Assembly: GCF_001194135.2 (NCBI RefSeq) | Contig: NC_068987.1 | Span: 28,362,521 to 28,404,211, forward strand | Length of the DNA stretch: 41,691 nucleotides | Direction: 5' to 3' | From: Octopus bimaculoides | Lineage: Eukaryota | Shown here: piece by piece, positions 23,811-34,389 of the stretch | How the letters are laid out: every line of letters starts with the position of its first letter | Numbering within the stretch: position 1 is the stretch's first letter | Made by a program: the position numbers and the translations under genes | The notes under the pieces: generated by a model | What the model was told of the DNA's origin: nothing | The model's database searches: none | The model's input: only the letters and a program-made list of their open reading frames with translations

Positions 23811-25403
23811 AAATAGATCATTCAACTAGACATAATCAATTTAGACTATCATGAATTGATTTTCTTTTACCTGCACAAAAGCTTTGTTTTGCTTAGAATA
23901 TTCTTCACCACAATTTGAGATGTTTTATGGAAGTTGCATTGTGTAACTGACGATAAATTGAGCATCTTCTGGTAGTGCGTTTGATGAAATGCCATTTGCC
24001 TCGTCCTACAAGCAAGTTGTAATGAACACAATGATTTATGTGCAACAATAGTATATACGTTTACAGTTGCAACAACTGGTGAAGAAAATCTGGCTTCCAT
24101 TGCAATAGTAGAGCTGAGAAGAAAATTGAATCTCCTGTTGAAGAAAATTATCACCATAAACTGGTGCAATAATATCGTTAACGATGAAGTTTCCATGAAT
24201 ATATAAGTATACCATGAAAGTCAATGAAACTGAGAATGTAAATCTTCTGAGAACGATAAGTCCACTACCACAAAGATTGTTGGCAGTGTTCTCTCTTGCC
24301 ATCAGCGCATTTATCACACTCGAATACATTCTTTTTATATACGCATCGCTGGTGACTTTAGCCATCAGGCTGACATGCTAATCAGTTCCCTGCAACCAGG
24401 GTTAGAATTTTGACCTACAGTGTTCTACACAAATTCTACCAAATCTTAAAATTCAAAGAAAAATCATGATCAACAGTGAACTAATTCTCTCGACTGTTAA
24501 CATATCTGTTCTGTAAAACATAACATTTTGAATAATTTGCGTTTCATTGAACATCAAGTTCCAAATTTTCCAAAATTGTGCTGAAATATGGAGACCGAGA
24601 CCGAAGTCGTGTTTTGAAATGTGACAGATAAGATTGGAATCTGACATTGAACAGATATGCATTTTAAAAATATAATAATAAAAATAATAATTATTATTAT
24701 TATGCTCGGATAGATATTTTAGCTGCTTATATGCGTCAGAAGGGAAACTGGTAAGGGAGGCCTTCTGAAGAAACGGAAAAGAAGAGCTAATAAAAAATTC
24801 TTATATTTTAAGTATAGTGGTGCAGAGTTTGTATAGTGTAGCTGCAAAGAAAACAAATCTATGTTGTTATAGATAAAACCTTCTGCTAAATGAGTGTAAA
24901 TAAGCAGGAAGTCAGAAAAGTGAATTTCAATTCCAATTTTGTGTTATGCAGTACATTAGAAATGTCATTTGTTGCTGATGACACATGGAACAGCAGGCTG
25001 TACATGATCATAATTCAGTGGTTTGCAGTATTTCCACCTCGCTCTGGTCAATGTCCACCATGAGGTCATAAAGGAGACACGACCAGGTTTGCTTTCTGTA
25101 CAGGTGACTACTGATCTTCATAGGTTGTATTAAATGGCTAAAGAGAGATTGGTGTCTGTTACGCATCAGCTCCGCCAATGTAAACAAAATTTGATTTTAT
25201 CAATAAGGGAGCCTGAACATACTTTGTCACCTGATCTACTCGATATAGCACCTAAATTTACCTGAAATCGCACCCACTGTTTTAATTCAACATTATAGTT
25301 CTCGATAAGTGAAACGGAATTATGGGCATAGCTTCAAAGTTTCTGATCATAGGGACACACTTTCAGGATTGTGTGTTTTGTCTAATAACAGCAAATTTAA
25401 AAG

Positions 25404-25630
25404 CATTATTTACAATAGACGGATATTTGTCCTCATCTTGTTTGTTGTTAACACAACGTTTCGGCTGATATACCCTCCCGCCTTCATCAGGTATCTCGGG
25501 GAAATTTCGAACCTGAGAGTGTATATCAGCCGAAACGTTGTGTTACCAACCAACAAGATGAGGACAAATATCCATCAATTGTAAATAATGTAAATAATGA
25601 ACATAATTCCTCATCTCTTAAATATAGAAA
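25404..25630. mobile_element. Penelope-like element (PLE) terminal-repeat remnant in divergent inverted arrangement
   Basis: Arms 25404-25473 and 25521-25590 are reverse complements (66/70 identical) around a 47-nt spacer. It contains a CTGATGA...CCGAAACGTT hammerhead motif, which is established as typical of PLE pLTRs. Confidence 0.75.
25450..25495 (-). ncRNA. Minimal type I hammerhead ribozyme (PLE-associated, predicted dimeric)
   Basis: Minus strand reads GATAC CTGATGA A GGCGG gagggtatat CAGCC GAAAC GTT GTGTT. Stem I GATAC/GTGTT pairs fully with two G-U. Stem II has one mismatch. Stem III is the loopless palindrome ACGT. Cleavage triplet GUU. Confidence 0.75.
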
Positions 25631-26089
25631 TTTAACAGCGTTATCATCTGTGAGGTAAAAATCACTGTATATTTACAAGTCATGTATAAATAATGACAAC
25701 ATAATTCTATTGTGAATGAAGACTCAAAAGCTGCTCGTAAATAAGAACATGGTGCTTCGTATGAATTGCTTAAATTATAACATGGCCTTACAATTAAAAC
25801 AGTACTGTAGGTATATACAAACAGAGAAATAACATATGAATGGCCTCTAGATTCGTGATGATCAGGCAAAAACACTCATATACATGAACAGTTATTTAAG
25901 AGAGAGTTATTACTGTTAAGAGATATTTATTGCTTCGGATTCCTCAAATGCCTTACTAACTGTTGTGTTCTAGAAACTGATAAGAATTAAATCCTATTCA
26001 AAGTATTATAACCTAATCTCTATATATTTTAAATCTCAATCTCTACAGGATTGTTTTTATCTATCATTTTATTTCGAAAAACAGTTCAT

Positions 26090-26096
26090 GTCATAC

Positions 26097-26147
<51 letters not shown>

Positions 26148-26352
26148 CGTGCGTGTATGTGTGTGTGCGTGCATATCTGCACGTGTGTATGTCTGCACGC
26201 GCGTGTGTGACTGCGTGTGTGTATGCATGTATATACACACACATATATTTATATAGCTTGACAGATAGATAGGTACATAGACAGATACACAGAAAGACAG
26301 GCAGACAGACAGAGAAACCACAGACAGACAAACTACAGACAGACAGACTGAC

Positions 26353-26400
<48 letters not shown>
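26090..26400. repeat. (GT)n, degenerate (CA)n, (GACA)n and (GATA)n compound microsatellite
   Basis: Directly visible. Confidence 0.93.
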
Positions 26401-26706
26401 GTGCATTTGTGTTTGATATATAAGTGTGCATGTATGTGTGTATTTTTATTATATGAGGAAAACGATACAGAATAAATTTGCATGCACCGAAATGCATTAC
26501 CTCAAAGTACAACATGAAAAAACGTGCCAAAGAAAAGTTCAATAATCCCACACAAACAAGCATAAACGTATACCTCAATATTTGGGCAAGCCACAACACT
26601 CAGAGACATATGCGAACATACACGCATACACACTGAATTGCATCAGTTACAAACCAGTATAAAGGAAATCTCGTCAGTATATATCTTTAAGTAATATATA
26701 TCAGTT

Positions 26707-26770
26707 GATTTAATCGACTGTCCCCAACTCCAAAAATTTCGGGCCTTGTGCCTAGAGTAGAACAGAATAT
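26707..26770 (+). mobile_element. SINE family A 3' tail fragment
   Basis: gatttaatcgactgtccccaactccaaaaatttcgggccttgtgcctagagtagaacagaatat matches the tail at 27154-27217. Confidence 0.85.
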
Positions 26771-26784
26771 GTATTAGAAGAGAC

Positions 26785-27217
26785 GGTGGCGAGTTGGCTG
26801 ATACGTTAGCACGCTTAACGAAATGCTCAGCGGTATTTGGTCTGCCGCTACGTTCTGGGTTCAAACTCCGCCGAGGTTGACTTTGCCTTTCATCCTTCGG
26901 GGTCGATAAATTAAGTACCAGTTACACAATGGGGTTAATGTAATCGACTTAATCCCTTTGTCAGTTCTTGTTTGTCCCCTCTGTGTGTAGCCCCTTGTGG
27001 GCAAGAAAGAAATAAGAAACGTTAGCACGCCGTGTGAAATGTTTAGCGGCATTTCGTCTGTCTTTACGTTCTGTGTTCAAATTCCGCCGAGGTGGACCTT
27101 GCCTTTCATCCTTTCGGGGTCGATAAATTAGGTACCAGTTGTGTACTGGGGTAGATCTAATCGACTGGCCCTCTCCCATAAAATTTCGAGCCTTGTACCT
27201 AGAGTAGAAAAGAATAT
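26785..27217 (+). mobile_element. Dimeric SINE family A (left monomer 26785-27018 with an alternative tail, right monomer 27019-27217)
   Basis: Two tandem acgttagcacg...gttcaaa(c/t)tccgccgagg...catcc(t)ttcggggtcgataaatta(a/g)gtaccagtt units with different 3' tails, joined at aagaaataagaa|acgttagcacg. Confidence 0.9.
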
Positions 27218-27551
27218 GTATCAGGAAAAAAAATGATAAAGTAAGCATAGGAAAATGCGTAAACTTCTGTAGTTAATGTTATAAATACAACTACTGTGTG
27301 ATAACAGAGGTTGAAGATATTTTGTGCAGTTTTCATGGGTCTGAAAGTAATATGTCAAAATACATACATGCATACATACACACTTACAGTCATACACACA
27401 TACATACATTCACACATACATACTGGAACTGTAAAAATCTGTAAAACTTTCCAATAGTCTATCATTTAAGAATATATGCGCACGTTTAGACATGCATGAG
27501 AATACATATATAGAACAAAACATAAATCTGCGCATATACATGCACGCGTAC

Positions 27552-27667
27552 AAAAACACCCTGTTGTTGATGTTGAAATTCCAATAAAGGAGCCTTAGAT
27601 CTAGGTTAGAAACCGGCTCTTTATCTATTGGCAAGAAATCTTGAAATAAAACTGGATAATGACATAC
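27552..27667. mobile_element. Interspersed repeat fragment, possibly from the same PLE family as 25404-25630
   Basis: Non-microsatellite block ccctgttgttgatgttgaaattccaataaaggagccttagatctaggttagaaaccggctc flanked by microsatellite. Family assignment rests on my recollection of octopus repeats and has no second copy in this window. Confidence 0.3.
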
Positions 27668-28050
27668 ATACGCAGACACCCATGAATATATGCACTTCAT
27701 ATTCGAGGCACCAATGAAACTTTAAGGTGTTACTCAAGTGCTGAACCATGAGTCCCCTGCATCTTATGAGAGAAGCAGCTGTAAACTAATGGAGTTCATA
27801 ATTTAATCGTTTATTTCTTTCTCATCTTGTTTTCTTTATATATGTATGTCTATGTATGTTTATGCACAAAGTCACACATACACAAACAAAAATGTATATG
27901 CTAAATTGTATTTCTTCTTTTAAAGCTGCTTTATCAACTGAATCTTTATTTGAAACGATGACACAATATGACGACTGGAATCAAATTTTTGGAAAGTTTG
28001 AGCTGATTGAAATTTCATGTCTCACCTGACACCATGTTCAAACAGTATCG

Positions 28051-28090
<40 letters not shown>

Positions 28091-29144
28091 ATATACATAT
28101 ATATATATATATANNNNNNNNNNNNNNNNNNNNNNNNNNNNNNNNNNNNNNNNNNNNNNNNNNNNNNNNNNNNNNNNNNNNNNNNNNNNNNNNNNNNNNN
28201 NNNNNNNNNNNNNNNNNNNNNNNNNNNNNNNNNNNNNNNNNNNNNNNNNNNNNNNNNNNNNNNNNNNNNNNNNNNNNNNNNNNNNNNNNNNNNNNNNNNN
28301 NNNNNNNNNNNNNNNNNNNNNNNNNNNNNNNNNNNNNNNNNNNNNNNNNNNNNNNNNNNNNNNNNNNNNNNNNNNNNNNNNNNNNNNNNNNNNNNNNNNN
28401 NNNNNNNTATATATATATATATAATGTATATATATAAAGTCTTCTTCTGTAGATGCAGATCTCTAGATCGATTTTTCTTAATATTCTTGTTTCTATAGGC
28501 TTGAGAGTGAAGAACATTTGTCTCAAAAATACTCCGAATGGAACACAGAGGCGAACCGACAGACAGACGTGCCAAAAGATAAAGAGTAGAATAGTCAAAT
28601 AGGTAGATTGATTCACACACCCACCCCGCCCTAAATAGCGATATATGAACGTCTATTTCAAACGCAAATTTAACAACGTTCAACAATAAGAGTTCATATA
28701 CGTATATGTGTTTATGTATATGAATAAATTATAAGCATATGAATAATATATGTAAATATGTGTGTGAATGTATCTCTATATGTATATGTATGTACCAATG
28801 TATGGCTGTATGCATAAATTATATACAGAGCATTACCCATTTGCATTGCTATGTAGTGAAAAATGAAACCTGTCAAAGAATTCAACAGCCTTCTCATCAC
28901 CACAGCAATAGAGCGGGGGTGGGGGCTCCGGAAAAACTTCTTCACTATATTTCCCTAGTGTGAATAGGATAGCTTTCGACGAAGAGAGTATAGCTAGATA
29001 GGAAAACTAGACAGAATGGATATATTCATATATTTGTATATTGAAAAGAGTGTGAGTCTTGGCGAAATGGAGTGCATGAATATCATTCTTTACTTCGTTT
29101 ACTTGTATACATATATATGTTTGTGCGCATGTGTGCGCGTGCGC

Positions 29145-29181
<37 letters not shown>

Positions 29182-29471
29182 NNNNNNNNNNNNNNNNNNN
29201 NNNNNNNNNNNNNNNNNNNNNNNNNNNNNNNNNNNNNNNNNNNNNNNNNNNNNNNNNNNNNNNNNNNNNNNNNNNNNNNNNNNNNNNNNNNNNNNNNNNN
29301 NNNNNNNNNNNNNNNNNNNNNNNNNNNNNNNNNNNNNNNNNNNNNNNNNNNNNNNNNNNNNNNNNNNNNNNNNNNNNNNNNNNNNNNNNNNNNNNNNNNN
29401 NNNNNNNNNNNNNNNNNNNNNNNNNNNNNNNNNNNNNNNNNNNNNNNNNNNNNNNNNNNNNNNNNNNNNNN

Positions 29472-29506
<35 letters not shown>

Positions 29507-30295
29507 TACACATGTGGGAAATTCTGTCTGTAGGTATGTTAGTGAAGTTGTTAACTAACTCCTCCTACATCGGTGTATCGATTTTGATGAATCTTGACAC
29601 GTGAGTAGTACTCATGGCATACACAGATTGTTGAAAAAAAAATCGATAATAGGGCCCCTGGAAGAGATACTTATATATAGCCAAGGGAAATAACCCATAC
29701 ATTTTCCTAAATTATTTGGTAAAAATGAAATTAAATACTCTTATTTCTTAGTATTTGAACAGCTGGAGTTATTTTAGCAATTTATCCAGTACAGCCCTTA
29801 AACTAGTAAATACTATTTTCCTAAACAATAGATCCACTTATTTCGGTTAGTGACTTATTCACGAATATACCAACACTAGCGCCCTTGAAAGTTATATTCT
29901 CTGGGGACGCTCAAAAGCTCTTTTCAGAGCTATTTCATTTTGAATTGATATTATCTCATATCTGATTAGCCTGTTATTGCGTAACATGCTTCATGGTTTT
30001 AGTAGACATATTTTCTTAGTATTTCCTTATATGTTCTCTATACTCTAGGAACGCATTATAACCCTTTCCGGAGTTACTTTGCATGAATTCTTACTATCGG
30101 GCAACTAATTTCATGTTATTACATGACTGACTTCCTAATTTGGGTATTCATAACTTATTGGGAATTCCTAAAGACAAAATCCTGTGTAAGACAGTTTGGT
30201 ATTCTCTATAAATGCACAAAGACCGTTTTAAATGCTACACACTCTGTATTGTTGTTATTGGATTAGCGAAACAATTATGAGAATGGAGCCTAGGG

Positions 30296-30335
30296 ATTAT
30301 CCCCGCTTTCCCGGAATTACCGGGTACGTCAGCTA

Positions 30336-30336
<1 letters not shown>
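30296..30336 (+). mobile_element. Helitron-like 3' terminus
   Basis: GC hairpin cccgg-aatta-ccggg (30310-30324), 8-nt spacer, CTAG (30333-30336) followed by T. This is the canonical Helitron 3' end geometry. The 5' end was not located. Confidence 0.55.
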
Positions 30337-30376
<40 letters not shown>

Positions 30377-30645
30377 NNNNNNNNNNNNNNNNNNNNNNNN
30401 NNNNNNNNNNNNNNNNNNNNNNNNNNNNNNNNNNNNNNNNNNNNNNNNNNNNNNNNNNNNNNNNNNNNNNNNNNNNNNNNNNNNNNNNNNNNNNNNNNNN
30501 NNNNNNNNNNNNNNNNNNNNNNNNNNNNNNNNNNNNNNNNNNNNNNNNNNNNNNNNNNNNNNNNNNNNNNNNNNNNNNNNNNNNNNNNNNNNNNNNNNNN
30601 NNNNNNNNNNNNNNNNNNNNNNNNNNNNNNNNATAACTATATATA

Positions 30646-32238
30646 CAGTAGTAGCCATTATAAAACGGTCCGTATGAACAAGTGTATTGAAATATTTATT
30701 ATAGAAGGCTAACAAAACATTGAGACTAGATATCTTACACATATTTAGATACCTCTAATATCTGTCTTTCATGAAAATGTCAAGTGAATGAAATGAGGAA
30801 ATAAACAGATAATCTTCCAAACTGCAATGCTTAAAAGTTAAGGGTCACTTAGAAAAATGAACTACTAACCGAGGTATTTGTTGCTTAGAAAACTATTAAT
30901 GGAGTAATAGTTACTTCTTATGATCTTACATTATTGGAATATTCCACTGACAATATGGCGGCTTGTGAGAGACGGCCGGTGTCCTTTGATGAAAAACAAA
31001 GTATTGTGTTCCTTCAGCAAGTGGGCAGGTCAAATTCTGTGATAGCACCTACTGTCGAAAAGTCTAGAAGCATCGTGCAACGAATTTTAGCTCGTTTTAA
31101 GTCAACAGAATAGACAGATGCTAACCCCCAAACCGGTAGACCTCGTAAAACTTCACCAAGACATGGTCATATTATGGTTAGAATGTCACTAAAGGATAGG
31201 CTTAGGAGTGCTGCTGAGATATCCCGCTAGTTTAGCTCCACTCCCGATGCCAACGTATCGCGCAAAACAGTTTCTCGGAGGTTACAAGGTTCTGAGTTGC
31301 TTGCTCAGACATTGGCAAGGAAACCTCTGATCTCTAAGCAGAATCAAAGAGGCCATCGTTTCTCTCATGAACATGTCGTTTGGACAGAAGAACATTGGTC
31401 GCATGTTCATTTTTGGGGTGAATGAAAGTTTAATGTGATTGGTTCCAATGGTGGAACGTACGTCCGACGAAGAATTGGCGAAAGGTTATCTCGTACATGT
31501 GTGAAGAAGACAGAGAAATATGGAGAGGGCAGTGTAATGGTATGGGGAGTGATCTATGCTGCTGGTCCTGATCCACTTATTCGCCTACGAGGGACTGTCA
31601 ATACTGGGATCTACAAGCAGGTTCTTAGACAGCATGCTATTCCACATCTCCGATCCTCGTCGGTTCAACCTCCTATCTTCGTGCAGGACAACGCTCCCTG
31701 CGAAGAGAGTCAAAGATTTTTTGAGTGATGAAGGGCTTGATCTCATGGACTGGCCACCTCAAAGTCCCGATCTCAACTCTATAGAAAACGTTTGGAAGAT
31801 TATTGGACATGGGGCGCGAAGAATAAATCCCCAAAACCAAGGTGAAATCTTGGAATTACTGAAAAACAAATGGAATTATATCACTCCATCATTTTGCAAG
31901 AAATTCATTCGGTCCTATGGTAACAAAAGTCAGGAGGTCATTGAAGGTAAAGGGATTTTCACAAAATCTTAATACTAAGAGTTTCTTTTTTGATTTTGTC
32001 CCATTTTTATTGTTTTTATAAGTGACCCTTAACTTTTGGGCATTGCAGTTTGGAAGATTATCTGTTTATTTCCTCATAGCTTACGAAATATTCCATTCAC
32101 TTGTCATTTTCATGAACGATAAATATTAGATGTATCTAAATATGAGTAAAATATCTAGTCTCAACGTTTTGTTAATCTTGTATAATAAATATTTCAATGC
32201 ACTTGTTCATACTGAGCCTTCTCTTATGACCGCTACTG
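30646..32238 (+). mobile_element. Full-length inactive Tc1-family transposon (DD34E) with long IR/DR-type TIRs, 1593 bp
   Basis: TA|CAGTAG...CTACTG|TA termini. TIRs at 30646-30851 and 32019-32238, the right one carrying about 14 extra nt. Internal transposase relic. Confidence 0.96.
30955..31972 (+). pseudogene. Tc1 transposase pseudogene
   Basis: MAACERRPVS...TGRPRKTS...SRKTVSRRL...ARKPLIS...W-H-F-G-E*KF (FSDESKF decayed)...GSVMVWG...FVQDNAPC / KRVKDFL...DWPPQSPDLNSIENVW. In-frame stops, plus a frameshifting deletion after DNAPC whose repair (8 nt) restores 34-residue D-E spacing. Confidence 0.95.
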
Positions 32239-32402
32239 TATACATGTGTGTGTGAGTGAGTGTGTGTGTGCGTGAGTGTGTGTGTATGTCTGTGTTTGTG
32301 TGTGTAAATATACAGATACGTATATTATATTTACACACACACACATATAAAGTATATATATAAATATTCATGTATATATGCATGTATATATATATATATA
32401 TA

Positions 32403-32634
32403 CACTGGCACACCCACACAACCTATCAAACACATTTACATATATAATTATATCTATACGTGTGTGCCTATATACATGTACTTACATACGTATAATACAT
32501 ATGTCTATATTATGTATTTTTATATATATATATTATACAGTATATACATATGTAAGTACATGTATATAGGCACACACGTATAAATATAATTATATATGTA
32601 AATGTGTCTGATAGGAAGTGTGTGTGTACCAGTG
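32403..32634. repeat. Fold-back inverted repeat, 92-bp arms and 48-nt spacer
   Basis: 32403-32494 versus the reverse complement of 32543-32634: 85/92 identical, including non-microsatellite words (cctatc, gtgtgtgcctatatacatgtacttac). Confidence 0.92.
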
Positions 32635-32685
32635 CGTGTATCAGAGCGTGCGTGTATCAGAGCATGCGTGTATCAGAGCGTGCGT
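32632..32685 (+). repeat. 16-bp minisatellite, about 3.4 copies (GTGCGTGTATCAGAGC)
   Basis: Three near-identical units plus a partial fourth. Confidence 0.9.
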
Positions 32686-33039
32686 TCATGTGTGTGTTTG
32701 TGTGTGTGTATGTGTGATTGCGTGTGTTTGTACGTGTGTGTGTGCGTGCGCGAGTGCCTATGCACCAGTCAAAACTGAATATACTTAATCATAACCGAAT
32801 AAACGGAATCACACAGTCATGCACAAGCACGTGCGCACATACACTCACGCACATACGCACCAACATGCACAACTTACACGCAAACACACAGACACACAGA
32901 CACACACATATACACATATACACAGACAGACACAAACACGCGCGCGCGCACACACGACGCATATAAATTGCATTTCTATAGTATACCATACAGATACCCG
33001 ATGATATATTTGCATATAAACGTAGATGCATACGTAAAA

Positions 33040-33073
<34 letters not shown>

Positions 33074-34355
33074 NNNNNNNNNNNNNNNNNNNNNNNNNNN
33101 NNNNNNNNNNNNNNNNNNNNNNNNNNNNNNNNNNNNNNNNNNNNNNNNNNNNNNNNNNNNNNNNNNNNNNNNNNNNNNNNNNNNNNNNNNNNNNNNNNNN
33201 NNNNNNNNNNNNNNNNNNNNNNNNNNNNNNNNNNNNNNNNNNNNNNNNNNNNNNNNNNNNNNNNNNNNNNNNNNNNNNNNNNNNNNNNNNNNNNNNNNNN
33301 NNNNNNNNNNNNNNNNNNNNNNNNNNNNNNNNNNNNNNNNNNNNNNNNNNNNNNNNNNNNNNNNNNNNNNNNNNNNNNNNNNNNNNNNNNNNNNNNNNNN
33401 NNNNNNNNNNNNNNNNNNNNNNNNNNNNNNNNNNNNNNNNNNNNNNNNNNNNNNNNNNNNNNNNNNNNNNNNNNNNNNNNNNNNNNNNNNNNNNNNNNNN
33501 NNNNNNNNNNNNNNNNNNNNNNNNNNNNNNNNNNNNNNNNNNNNNNNNNNNNNNNNNTATATATATATACATACATAAAACATAAACCAATGAATTACAT
33601 CATCTGAATATTGTTTATGCGAAAATTTATATATATGTGTGTGTATGTGTGTGTGTCTTTGTGTCTGCGTGTGTGTGTATTTATAGGCAAATATATGTGT
33701 ATATATATATGTGTGTGTGCCTATTCAGACACATGTTTGCATATCGAAATATAAACGCATAAAAGATTAAACATACCTTCATTGCTTTGATACTAAACTA
33801 TCTACAAACACACACCTACACGCTTGATCACACCCGCACACATGTATACATACACGCACAGAGATCTATACATGCACACTCCTCTGCACATATATGTATT
33901 TATATATAGCAACTATAAACTGAAGTAGTAAAATGACTCCATTCTTCTTTATGCATATGTATATATATATATATGTGTGTGTGTGTATGTGTGTGTGTGT
34001 GTTGTGTGTGTATGTGTATGAATATATATACACATTTATGAGTGTGTGTTGTGTGTATGTGTGTATGTGTCTCTCTGTCTGTCTGTCTCTGTGTGTATAT
34101 GTGTACCTGAGTGTTGAGTGTGAGTGTGCGCTTATCGGTATATAGGTTTAGGAGTTATAAATATTATATATTGTTAATATAATTCTTATTCATTTGTGCT
34201 GTATTATAATATAACAAAACTGATATTCACTAATTATATATGTATGAGGCAGATATTTATAGATACATACATATCTTCCTACATAAATATTTACATTTAT
34301 GCCTGCACGCACACTAAATGAAACACATATACAAGGCTGCGTAAATATATATAAT

Positions 34356-34389
<34 letters not shown>

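Noticed and set aside
24975-24995. CTGATGA-cacatg-GAAC, a possible third hammerhead
   Set aside because: GAAC replaces GAAA, stem II is at most 2 bp, and there is no stem I or III partner. It is better explained as a simple tgctg/cagca hairpin.
32632-32685. Short direct-repeat arrays (also 21771-21798 and 39883-39935) as possible CRISPR-like arrays
   Set aside because: The units are contiguous with no unique spacers, there are no cas genes, and the context is eukaryotic.
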